Positions 1 to 7,684 of a DNA stretch of 64,000 bases are shown piece by piece; the first letter of the stretch is position 1; each line of letters starts with the position of its first letter. Position numbers and translations under genes: made by a program. The DNA lies in NCBI GenBank assembly GCA_037128595.1, contig JBAXWB010000008.1, positions 5,889 to 69,888 on the forward strand. The letters run 5' to 3'. The notes beneath the pieces are model-generated. The model ran no database searches and was not told where the DNA came from. It saw only the letters and a list, made by a program, of their open reading frames with translations. The DNA comes from a bacterium (GTDB lineage Bacteria > Verrucomicrobiota > Kiritimatiellia > CAIKKV01 > CAITUY01).

Positions 1-135
1 AACCAACGACAATGAACCAGTAGCAGCCGAATACTTTTGATACCCCACCACATTAACACTCGTCACTGGTTCCGCGGCCATTACAGCCCCCGCTACCAAA
101 CTCATACCCACTAGAATTGCGCTTAGCTTTTTCAT
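1..135 (-). CDS. N-terminal fragment of a secreted protein (signal peptide MKKLSAILVGMSLVAGAVMAAEP...); gene continues beyond window start
   Basis: Reverse-strand reading from ATG (cat at 133-135) gives a hydrophobic signal-peptide-like N-terminus. The frame stays open to position 1. Confidence 0.3.
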   Translation of the reverse strand, partial: MKKLSAILVGMSLVAGAVMAAEPVTSVNVVGYQKYSAATGSLSLV

Positions 136-350
136 GGTAATTCTCCCCGTTAAATTTATCGCTGTTCCTTCTTGCACATACTATACGATGCCCTCTTCGA
201 AGCATCAACTACTTTTTTCACTCTTTTTGTTTTTTTATCTCACTCAATCCAGTCAGTATATTAATCCTTTAGCCCGCTTCAAACAACTCGAATTATTTAC
301 GAGAGGAAGGAATGGAGTGCCGCATAACACTTCTATGAGGATTCCTCTTT

Positions 351-386
351 ATCGTAATCGTAATCATAATCGTAATCTTAATCGAC
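351..386. repeat. Hexamer tandem array (TAATCG/TAATCA/TAATCT)x5, left arm of an inverted pair
   Basis: Direct reading: atcgtaatcgtaatcataatcgtaatcttaatcga. The reverse complement recurs at 841-883. Confidence 0.8.
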
Positions 387-785
387 TGATTCCGTGTTTC
401 CTGTGCTGTAGGTCGCTTGAGTCTCATAGACGCGGCTGGGCGAAGTACTGCGAATGAGCCCCACGAGCATGGATACAATTCTTACCAAAATCGACTTGCC
501 ATCGTCGACATCCACGAGCTGTTTTCTAGTGACGAGCACGTCCAGGCAAGCGGCACACTCCAATGCAGACCCACGCGCAATATCAAAAAAACGACACCGA
601 TCCGCTGCCGTGTACTTGCCGTTACCTTCCGCAATATTCAGGGGGATGGACGTCGATGCTCTGTCTAACTGGTTATGTGCCGCAAGGTTTCTGGGAATAC
701 GTTCCAGAAGTTCATCAGCCCAGGCTACAAATGCAATCGCCTCTCGGTAAACGTCCAGCCGCTCGTGATCAAAGTTTGTTTTCAT
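378..785 (-). CDS. Four-helix bundle protein (TIGR02436-like; formerly called 23S rRNA intervening-sequence protein)
   Basis: 135-aa ORF. The sequence FDHERLDVYREAIAFVAW...IAEGNGKYTAADRCRFFDIARGSALECAACLDV is typical of this family. Small paralogous genes of this kind are often embedded in repeat/hairpin contexts. Confidence 0.7.
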   Translation of the reverse strand: MKTNFDHERLDVYREAIAFVAWADELLERIPRNLAAHNQLDRASTSIPLNIAEGNGKYTAADRCRFFDIARGSALECAACLDVLVTRKQLVDVDDGKSILVRIVSMLVGLIRSTSPSRVYETQATYSTGNTESVD

Positions 786-840
786 GGCGGAAGACGTTAG
801 CGTCGTCAGCAGTTCATGACAAGAAAATCGCGGCGGAAAA

Positions 841-883
841 TCGATTATGATTACGATTAGGATTACGATTAGGATTAGGATTG
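841..883. repeat. Hexamer tandem array (CGATTA/GGATTA)x7, right arm; inverted relative to 351-386
   Basis: tcgattatgattacgattaggattacgattaggattaggattg is the reverse complement of the TAATCG array. Confidence 0.8.
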
Positions 884-914
884 AGGAGGGGGATCCCCCA
901 CATTGAAGAAAAAG

Positions 915-1477
915 CTACTCCACGCTAGGCAGAACACCCTCTTCGACTAACTTCGCATCCATCTCCGGCGTCAATGCCATTGGTAACGGCGGGCCTTTTT
1001 TGCCACCGGCACGAATCAAGTCCATCTGATAGTTTTTTAAATGTTCCTTGAGCGCCTCGCCCGTCAAACGAGGCTTATCAGGCTGCGCCGGCCCAGGTGC
1101 TGCTAGCGCAGGCGGAGGCGCCATCGTACGCCGGGCGAACCCGCCGCCGGGCGCAGGGCTCACCACCGGCGTCGCAGAAGCCACGATCGCGGTCATATCC
1201 ATCCAGACCTCTTCGGCGCCTTTGCGCACCAGCGCTTTTTCGCCTTCGTAGTCGGCCTTCACCAGCTCCATTCCATCTTCTGTATCGCCCTCGTAGAGGA
1301 AATAGTTTTTCTTGGTGAGGGTGTTGACAATGCCGACTTGCACTTTTCCATTGAAGCGGTTGCGGGTGATAGCGCACATCTTGAGGGGCTTGACGAAACT
1401 GTCGACCGCCGGCTGATTCGCGGTGGCGGTGGCCGCGGCCAGGGCGGCGGCTGCGGTCTCGTCGCCAAAGGGCATGC
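915..1477 (-). CDS. Hypothetical protein (~187 aa from internal Met); the 304-aa ORF is extended upstream by translation of a heptamer repeat array
   Basis: The C-terminal 187 aa are non-repetitive (…KPLKMCAITRNRFNGKVQVGIVNTLTKKNYFLYEGDTEDGMELVK…). The N-terminal 117 aa of the long ORF (PTAHCLL…PLPTDS repeats) are encoded by the (GGCAGTR)n array at 1497-1760. Start chosen at Met119 (cat at 1475-1477). Confidence 0.4.
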
Positions 1478-1496
1478 GGGTGACGATGACCGCGTA

Positions 1497-1760
1497 GCGG
1501 GCGAAATCAGTGGGCAGTGGGGAGGGGGAGTCAGTAGGCAGTGTGGAATCAGTGGGCAGTGGGCGGTTGGCAGCAGGCAGCGAGGAGGGGGAGTCAGTAG
1601 GCAGTGGGCGGTTGGCAGCGGGCAGCGAGGAGGCGGGGCGGCCTTGTGGGAGCCGCGCGGGCTCGGTGATGGCAAGGGAGGGGAGGGAGAGTAGGCAGAG
1701 GGCAGTAGACAGTAGGCAGTGGGCAGTGGGCAGTGAGCAGTGGGCAGATGACAGAAGACG
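1497..1760. repeat. Degenerate heptamer tandem array (GGGCAGT/AGGCAGT…; then GACGGAA/GACAGAG)
   Basis: Many consecutive cagtgggcagtaggcagt units, then gaagacggaagacagaggacggaagacgg. The same unit recurs as a palindrome at 13556-13640. Confidence 0.75.
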
Positions 1761-1906
1761 GAAGACAGAGGACGGAAGACGGACGAAAGTCGGCCGCTTC
1801 CAGAGTGAATGATGGAGATGATGGCTCATATCTGGCGGGCATTATGGTAGGGGATGGGGCTGGAGGGCAAGAGAGAAGTGGGGGAGGTTCCTGCGGGGAT
1901 CCTGCG

Positions 1907-1971
1907 GATTGAAATCATGAAAATATCATGTGTTTTCACAATGGAGGGATGCGCTCCGTCGCATCCGCAGC
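1907..1971. repeat. Repeat B copy 1 (gattgaaatcatgaaaatatcatgtgttttcacaatggagggatgcgctccgtcgcatccgcagc)
   Basis: A near-identical 65-bp copy lies at 12880-12944. It contains a ggatgcgctccgtcgcatcc hairpin. Confidence 0.8.
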
Positions 1972-2038
1972 TTCAAAATAGGCCAAAATATAGGCCCTGG
2001 GCGGCCATGCTGGCGGCTATGCAATCGGCATCGTTCGC

Positions 2039-2251
2039 CGGGACGTCGAACGCCACCTGTGCTTCGCGCATTCTATGGATTCACGGGGACCATGGGGCTT
2101 TCAGGTGGCAGCCGACGTCCTCGGCGGCTGAAGGCCTGTAAAGTTCCCTTAACGAGCCAATATCGTTCGCCGGGACGCCGAACGCCACCTGTGCTTCGCG
2201 CATTCTATGGATTCACGGGAGCTATTGGGCTTTCAGGTGGCTGATTCGAGG
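2039..2251. repeat. Tandem pair of R1 repeats (~128 bp + ~80 bp), each with an 18-bp inverted repeat gacgtcgaacgccacctg / caggtggcagccgacgtc
   Basis: Two adjacent copies sharing cgttcgccgggacgtcgaacgccacctgtgcttcgcgcattctatggattcacgg…ggctttcaggtggc. The same tandem pair recurs at 3846-4040 in direct orientation. Confidence 0.85.
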
Positions 2252-2409
2252 CATACCGGCGGGACGCCGGTTACTACAGAAGAGGTTTTGACAGCTCGTG
2301 CTTCGTAGCGAAGGAAGTTTTCGCTGACTTCGCAGAGTAGCAAGCAAAACCCTCCATTAAAGAGGATGGAGATCGCCACCTGAGCTGCGCGCAGTCTTTA
2401 GATGCAGGT

Positions 2410-3072
2410 TTAAGTCGTTTCCAGCCACAACCTGAATCGTTCAGCTACCATGTTTCTGCGCGCAAGAAAAGGAATGCGAGCGATCATCTGCTGTGCCCGG
2501 AGCACATCAAATCCGTCAGGCCGCTCCACCTCCGGAAGATGGCAAAACAGACGGGTGCGAGTGGGGGCCAGATAGAACACATCCAGCAAGGCCTTTTCTG
2601 GTTGTGCCATCCGAATCCCCTTTTCCCCCAGGGTTTCAAACCCGAAAAAGAAATCCGGCGACACGTGATGAATTGAGACGGCCCCGAGCGGGGTAGTGTA
2701 ACGGCGGGTGCGCGCCAGGGAGACCGCATACATTGAGGCGGGAATCTGTGAAATCATACCATGGTGATAGAGCGCGCTTTGAAGGGATACGTAAGACGGT
2801 TGCGGGGCAGTAAGTCGCCCGGGAGCCGCCATCAGTTCCAGTCGCCCCGGGAATGCCCACACCCCACGCCTCAGTGCTAAAAGTTGCCCGGCCCTCGCAA
2901 GCCGTTCGAGCATTTTGCTTGCATGCGCCTTACTGAGCCCCAGCATCACCGCCGCGTCGCCAGTCTCGACTACGGCCTGATCGAGCCCCTGAAGCACGCC
3001 TAACGCATCAACGAGTCTCACGACGTCGCTCCATTCAGGGCCTCCACCACACGAAGGACCATCGCATCCCAT
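2410..3072 (-). CDS. abiEi: Type IV TA system AbiEi-family antitoxin / transcriptional regulator (wHTH N-terminus)
   Basis: 220 aa. HTH-like segment TGDAAVMLGLSKAHASKMLERLARAGQL, plus the conserved PSYVSLQSALYHHGMISQIP motif of AbiEi antitoxins. Overlaps the upstream toxin gene by 55 nt. Confidence 0.6.
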   Translation of the reverse strand: MGCDGPSCGGGPEWSDVVRLVDALGVLQGLDQAVVETGDAAVMLGLSKAHASKMLERLARAGQLLALRRGVWAFPGRLELMAAPGRLTAPQPSYVSLQSALYHHGMISQIPASMYAVSLARTRRYTTPLGAVSIHHVSPDFFFGFETLGEKGIRMAQPEKALLDVFYLAPTRTRLFCHLPEVERPDGFDVLRAQQMIARIPFLARRNMVAERFRLWLETT

Positions 3073-3779
3073 ATTTCGGGACGGTCATATTGTGCCTGGT
3101 AATCCGGCGCCAAGTACGAAACCACCTGGCTTTTGAAAACGGAATAGGAGAGCCCCAATGCATTTTGCTGCGCGTCGCGCCAATGGGGTGGCAGAACCAG
3201 CCCCTGAGACGAACCGCCTGACCGGATCAAATGATCGAGATCGAACACATCCCGGGCCTGAGTTTGGGAGCGATGAATCAAGGCATTCACTTTTTGAAGG
3301 AAGGCGGATTCGGAAGGATAATGATTGGCGAGAATAGGCGTCAGCTGATAATCCCGGATAAGGAGACTGTCAATAGGCCCAAAAACGACGGGGTCTGTAA
3401 TCCCTCGTCGAGAGAACTCGATTTTTGTATGCAGGGGTAATTCTGAGCCTTGCACGGAAAGGGCTAATTTCCAGCGCTGGGTCGTCTCTGTTTGCTTGGG
3501 GGCGGAACAATGCGTGATCGCCATCCCCCGAGCCTGCAATATCCTCGCCAACGACACCCCCGTAAGGATCTGATTCACACGATCCTGCAGCACGTTCACG
3601 GGAATCAACTGGACATCGAGGTCAATATCTTCGGAATAGCGAATGCTTTTGAGGAAAAACCGGAGATTACAGCCCCCTTTAAGGGCATAATGGCGCTTAT
3701 CGAGCTTCCGGCCTAGTTGATCAAGAAACAACAGGTGAAACTGTTCCACACAGGCAATGGAATCTGTCAGGCTTGTCAT
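3018..3779 (-). CDS. abiEii: Nucleotidyltransferase AbiEii/AbiGii-family toxin (DUF1814)
   Basis: The LKGGCNLRFFLKSIRYSEDIDLDV motif matches the LKGGTAL…R.SEDLDF nucleotidyltransferase signature of AbiEii. Start trimmed to Met33 (cat 3777-3779) because the first 32 codons of the ORF lie inside repeat R1. Confidence 0.7.
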   Translation of the reverse strand: MTSLTDSIACVEQFHLLFLDQLGRKLDKRHYALKGGCNLRFFLKSIRYSEDIDLDVQLIPVNVLQDRVNQILTGVSLARILQARGMAITHCSAPKQTETTQRWKLALSVQGSELPLHTKIEFSRRGITDPVVFGPIDSLLIRDYQLTPILANHYPSESAFLQKVNALIHRSQTQARDVFDLDHLIRSGGSSQGLVLPPHWRDAQQNALGLSYSVFKSQVVSYLAPDYQAQYDRPEIWDAMVLRVVEALNGATS

Positions 3780-3845
3780 GAATACATAATGCGCGAAGTA
3801 GACGCCTATGTCAATAATACGTATTGTATTGGCATAAGTCTGGTA

Positions 3846-4040
3846 GGCGCCGAACGCCACCTGTGCTTCGCGCATTCTATGGATTCACAGGGACCATGGG
3901 GCTTTCAGGTGGCAGCCGACGTCCTCGGCGGCTGAAGGCCTGTAAAGTTCGCTTAACGAGCCAAATCGTTCGCCGGGACGTCGAACGCCACCTGTGCTTC
4001 GCGCATTCCATAACTTCGCGCATTCCGGGGATTCACAGAA
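3846..4040. repeat. Second tandem pair of R1 repeats (direct orientation relative to 2039-2251)
   Basis: ggcgccgaacgccacctgtgcttcgcgcattctatggattcacagggaccatggggctttcaggtggcagccgacgtcctcggcggctgaaggcctgtaaag, followed by a second shortened copy. Confidence 0.85.
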
Positions 4041-4044
4041 AACC

Positions 4045-4183
4045 GTTTTGCGATTTTTAATGGCTGGCGTGCGCCAGACATAAAAATCGCAAAACATTTA
4101 TTTCTATTCGCGGCTTCGCGGCTTCGCGTGAAACCCCCTCTTCTCTTGATTTCCCCCATTTCTTCAATTAGTGGTGAAGTCTT
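4045..4183. mobile_element. Partial (right-half) copy of the MITE-C family, ending in the TIR atttcttcaattagtggtgaagtcttcg
   Basis: Internal hairpin gttttgcgatttttaatggctggcgtgcgccagacataaaaatcgcaaaac and a TIR-like end homologous to 6166-6200. The left TIR is missing. Confidence 0.6.
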
Positions 4184-4235
4184 CGTTTTCTTCTGATATT
4201 TTCGAGAAAAGAGAGTTCTCCAGGAGAAAAACCCT

Positions 4236-5987
4236 ATGCGCTCACGTTTTATCAGTTTGATTCTAACCGCCCTTGCCACCACCTCCCTCCATGCCGAGGA
4301 ACTGTTTCCCAAGCCGGACTGGCAGGAAAAGCCCAATCCCATCGCCTCGCCTGACGCCGTGCCGGGCGGCAGTATCTCCGTTTTCGGCTTTCAATACCCG
4401 AAAAGCTTCAACCTCTATCTCGACAACAACACCTTTACCTCCGACCTCTTTTCCTCCCTCTATGAATCGCTGCTGACCATGAACCCGCTGACACCGAGCC
4501 AGGAACCGGGGCTGGCCGAGCGCTGGGCGATCTCGGACGACAAGCGCACCTTCACCTTCTGGCTCAATCCCAAGGCCCGCTGGAGCGATGGCCAGCCCAT
4601 CACCGCCCAGGATGTCAAATGGACCTTCGATGCCATCCGAAATCCGGCGAACCTCACCGGCGCCCACAAGGTCGGCTTCGAAAGCTTTGAGTCCGTCACC
4701 GTCGTCGACGACCATTGCGTCCGGTTCGCGGTCAAGGAGGTCCATTGGCGCAACCTCCTGACCGCCGGCGGCTTTGCCATCCTGCCGAAGCATGCCTTCG
4801 AGAAGCTGGACTTCAATAAGATCAATTTCGAGTTCCCGGTGGTCTCCGGCCCCTACCGGCTGGGCGAGGTCAAGGAGGGCATTTCAGCCACCTTGGAGCG
4901 GCGCGCGGACTGGTGGAATCGCCAGGCCCCCAGCCAGCGCGGGCTCTGCAACTTCCAGTCCATCAAGTTCAAGTTCTTCGCCTCGACCGAGACCGGGTTT
5001 GAGGCTTTCATGAAGGGTGAGATCGACCTCTTTGCCGTCTATTCCGCCCGGCTCTGGATGAACGAGACCAGCACAGAGAAGTTTGCCCGGAACTGGATCG
5101 TGCGCCAGAAGGTGTTCAATTATGAGCCTACCGGCTTCCAGGGCTTTGCCATGAATCTGCGGCGTCCGCCCTTCAACGACAAGCGGGTGCGGCAGGCCAT
5201 GGCCCTGCTGCTGAACCGCGAGCGGATGAACAGCGCCCTGATGTATAATCAGTACGCCCTGTCGCGGTCCTATTATACGGATCTTTATGACGCCGCCCAT
5301 CCCTGCCCTAACGGCCCGTTCACCTTTGACAAGGAGCGGGCGCGCCGGTTGCTGGCCGAGGCGGGCTGGAAAGCCAATCCCAAGACCGGCCTGTTGGAGA
5401 AGGACGGCCAGCATTTCGAATTCCGCTTCCTTGAGCGGGAATCGGTGGCCGACAAGTTCCTGGCGATCTATGCCGAGGATCTGCGCGATGTGGGGATTTT
5501 GATGCAGACCGACTCCAAGGATTCCTCCGCCTGGACCCGGGACATGGATGAATTCAATTTCGATATGACCTGGGGCGGCTTTTCGTCAAGCCTGTACAAG
5601 GATCCCGAGGGGCTCTGGGCGTCGAAGGAGGCCGACCGCAAGATGAGCGCGAACATCACGGGGTTCAAAAACGCGACGGTGGATGAACTGATCGAGAAGC
5701 AGAAGTCGATGTTTGATGTGGCGGCCCGCCATGAGCTGTGCCGCCAGATTGACGGGATCCTGTATGAGGAGTGTCCCTATGTCCTGCTGTGGGGGATCAA
5801 TTACAAGCGGCTGGTGTATTGGAACAAGTTCGGCACCCCGGCCACGGTGCTGGACAAATACAGCAGCGAAAGCAGTGCCTACTGGCTCTGGTGGTACGAT
5901 GCCGATGCCGCCGCCGATCTCAAGGAAGCCATGAAGAGCCAACTTCCGCTGCCGCCGAGGGCGGCCGAGGTGACCTTCAAAGAGTAA
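4236..5987 (+). CDS. ABC transporter substrate-binding protein, family 5 (peptide/oligopeptide/nickel-type SBP), with signal peptide
   Basis: 583 aa. N-terminal signal peptide MRSRFISLILTALATTSLHA. Length and motifs (…WSDGQPITAQDVKWTF…) fit SBP_bac_5. No permease or ATPase genes adjacent. Confidence 0.75.
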   Translation: MRSRFISLILTALATTSLHAEELFPKPDWQEKPNPIASPDAVPGGSISVFGFQYPKSFNLYLDNNTFTSDLFSSLYESLLTMNPLTPSQEPGLAERWAISDDKRTFTFWLNPKARWSDGQPITAQDVKWTFDAIRNPANLTGAHKVGFESFESVTVVDDHCVRFAVKEVHWRNLLTAGGFAILPKHAFEKLDFNKINFEFPVVSGPYRLGEVKEGISATLERRADWWNRQAPSQRGLCNFQSIKFKFFASTETGFEAFMKGEIDLFAVYSARLWMNETSTEKFARNWIVRQKVFNYEPTGFQGFAMNLRRPPFNDKRVRQAMALLLNRERMNSALMYNQYALSRSYYTDLYDAAHPCPNGPFTFDKERARRLLAEAGWKANPKTGLLEKDGQHFEFRFLERESVADKFLAIYAEDLRDVGILMQTDSKDSSAWTRDMDEFNFDMTWGGFSSSLYKDPEGLWASKEADRKMSANITGFKNATVDELIEKQKSMFDVAARHELCRQIDGILYEECPYVLLWGINYKRLVYWNKFGTPATVLDKYSSESSAYWLWWYDADAAADLKEAMKSQLPLPPRAAEVTFKE

Positions 5988-6200
5988 AAAGGACTTCACC
6001 ACTGATTTAAGAAATGGAAGAAATTTGAATGTTGCGGGATTTGTATGCGGCGGGTACTCCGCATAAAAATCCCGCAACGGTTCTTCGGAAAATTCGAGCC
6101 CTGAAGAGGCGTTACGCGATTTTTGGCAGTGCGTATTCCGCACTGGCGAAAATCGCGTAACATTTATTTCTTCCATTTCTTAAATCAGTGGTGAAGTCCT
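5988..6200. mobile_element. MITE-C copy 1 (213 bp) with perfect 35-bp terminal inverted repeats AAAGGACTTCACCACTGATTTAAGAAATGGAAGAAAT … ATTTCTTCCATTTCTTAAATCAGTGGTGAAGTCCT
   Basis: The TIRs can be read directly. There are two internal hairpins (gttgcgggatttgtatgcggcg…ccgcataaaaatcccgcaac and gcgatttttggcagtgcgtattccgcactggcgaaaatcgc). No ORF. Homologous copies lie at 9056-9376 and 4045-4183. Confidence 0.85.
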
Positions 6201-7126
6201 TCTTTCACGTCGTCGTAGAAGGCGGCCATGCTGACGGTCATGTAGGGAAGGAGCCAGAGGAAGCCGATGCCAAGGGTGGGAATGCAGAGCAGGGCCCAGC
6301 CGATGAAACGGCACTGCAGGCAGAACAGCTTCCACTTGTTGCCGACCATCATCTGGGTGCTGCGCTGGATCGCGACGAGCGGGCCAATGCCCGGGACATC
6401 ATTGAGCAGGTAATAGGTCTGCGAATAACGGAACTGGGCGATGATCGCCGGAATCAGCGCCAAAAAAACAAGCGGAACCAGCACGACCACCCACCCCAGG
6501 GCGGCAAGATCGCCCGCCACCGCGCCCTTCACGCCGGCCATGACCAACCCGATACCCACCGCGATGCCCACCACCACGGCAGGGAGGGACCAGGCCAGGA
6601 TGAGCAGCATGATCAAGAGATAGGCAACGAACGCGTTACCGAACAGCTTAAAGCCGTCAAACAGTTGACTGATCGCCGCCGGCTTCTGACGGGCGAGGTT
6701 CAGGTAGAACAACGTCACACCCACCATCAGGGGCCCGCTGATCATAAAACTGATCACACTGCCCAGCACCGGGATAAAGGCCAGCACGACGAGGATCAGC
6801 GCGTACACGAGCAGGCCGCCGATGGCCTTGCCCCAGTTGCCATCCAAGGCCGTCCGGGCCCGGGCGTTCAGTTCGCGATTGGGGGTGGCGCTTTTAAAGG
6901 TGGCGGTATCGGACCATTCAGGGATGGCCTCGACGTCTCCGGGCAGGCCCGGGGGCTGTGCCTCGAACAGGTCTGGCACGAAGCCCGCCTTGGTCCATTG
7001 GTTGCCCATGGAGGCATTCCACACGAGATCGCCGGGCTTCAAGCGGCCATTACGCGCCAGCTCGACCAATTGCTCAAATTCGACCGGCCCCTGTTGCTTC
7101 CCGTTTTCGGCATAAAACCATTGCAT
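6185..7126 (-). CDS. Membrane protein with N-terminal DUF4339-like domain and DUF975-like polytopic membrane domain
   Basis: N-terminus WFYAENGKQQGPVEFEQLVELARNGRLKPGDLVW is a DUF4339/GYF-like motif, followed by ~6 predicted TM helices. The last 5 codons and the stop are supplied by the MITE-C right TIR. The start (Met20 vs Met1 at 7183) is uncertain. Confidence 0.55.
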   Translation of the reverse strand: MQWFYAENGKQQGPVEFEQLVELARNGRLKPGDLVWNASMGNQWTKAGFVPDLFEAQPPGLPGDVEAIPEWSDTATFKSATPNRELNARARTALDGNWGKAIGGLLVYALILVVLAFIPVLGSVISFMISGPLMVGVTLFYLNLARQKPAAISQLFDGFKLFGNAFVAYLLIMLLILAWSLPAVVVGIAVGIGLVMAGVKGAVAGDLAALGWVVVLVPLVFLALIPAIIAQFRYSQTYYLLNDVPGIGPLVAIQRSTQMMVGNKWKLFCLQCRFIGWALLCIPTLGIGFLWLLPYMTVSMAAFYDDVKEGLHH

Positions 7127-7416
7127 AATGATGTGCTCCTGATTGAGGGGAATAGGAATAGCCATTCCCGGGGGAATAATCAAGTTGTTCGGATTGATAC
7201 CTAGCTCGAATAACCCGAAGAAAAGAGGACCTCACGCGAAGGCACGAAGACGCTAAAAAACGGTAAAAGATAAACCAAAATAATTCCTTTCGTGACTTCG
7301 CGACTCCTAAGTAACTGAAGATGTAACCTGCACGAAAGCCGGAAAGATTTTGGACAGAATAAACAAAATGGCCAGAATGGGGAGGAGGAAATCAACTTCA
7401 GATTTCTCTGCCATTA

Positions 7417-7521
7417 CGAAAATGTTTCACGAATTTATCATAGGGCATGGTCTCTGTCGGGGAGATCATACGGGCTATGATGCAGCCCCTGCCCTATGAG
7501 AAATTCGTGAAACGTATTCAT
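7417..7521. promoter_or_regulatory. Long imperfect palindrome (arms ~30 bp, ~40-bp spacer) in the divergent intergenic region upstream of ugd
   Basis: Left arm gaaaatgtttcacgaatttatcatagggcatgg. Right arm cctgccctatgagaaattcgtgaaacgtattc (27 of 30 complementary positions). Confidence 0.5.
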
Positions 7522-7684
7522 GGGAGAAAGGGAGCCTACAGCACGCCGACCAGACCGAATTCATTTTGTTTCATTCTGTAAATTCTGTCAAAGAATCGCC
7601 TGCAATCCCGGTATTGCCATAAAGGTTGCCTGATACCCTGCTTTTGATAACATTCGGGGTTTTAGCGACTAGGGAGTAATTACT

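Noticed and set aside
134-457. 107-aa plus-strand ORF (…RNRNHNRNLNRL…)
   Set aside because: Its repetitive part is just the translated (TAATCG)n hexamer array. It overlaps the minus-strand partial gene and the 4HB gene and has no homology features.
351-883. Possibility that the hexamer/heptamer tandem arrays are CRISPR arrays
   Set aside because: The period is 6-7 bp with no unique spacers and no 25-40-bp repeat unit, and there are no cas genes. These are micro/minisatellite-type arrays, not CRISPR.
1854-2244. ORFs 1854-2141 and 1930-2244 (+), and the similar 3824-4060 (+) and 3953-4342 (-)
   Set aside because: They are encoded entirely within the R1 and repeat-B copies, so the same peptide strings (PPVLRAFYGFTG…, MREAQVAF…) recur wherever the repeat occurs. 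They are repeat translation artefacts.
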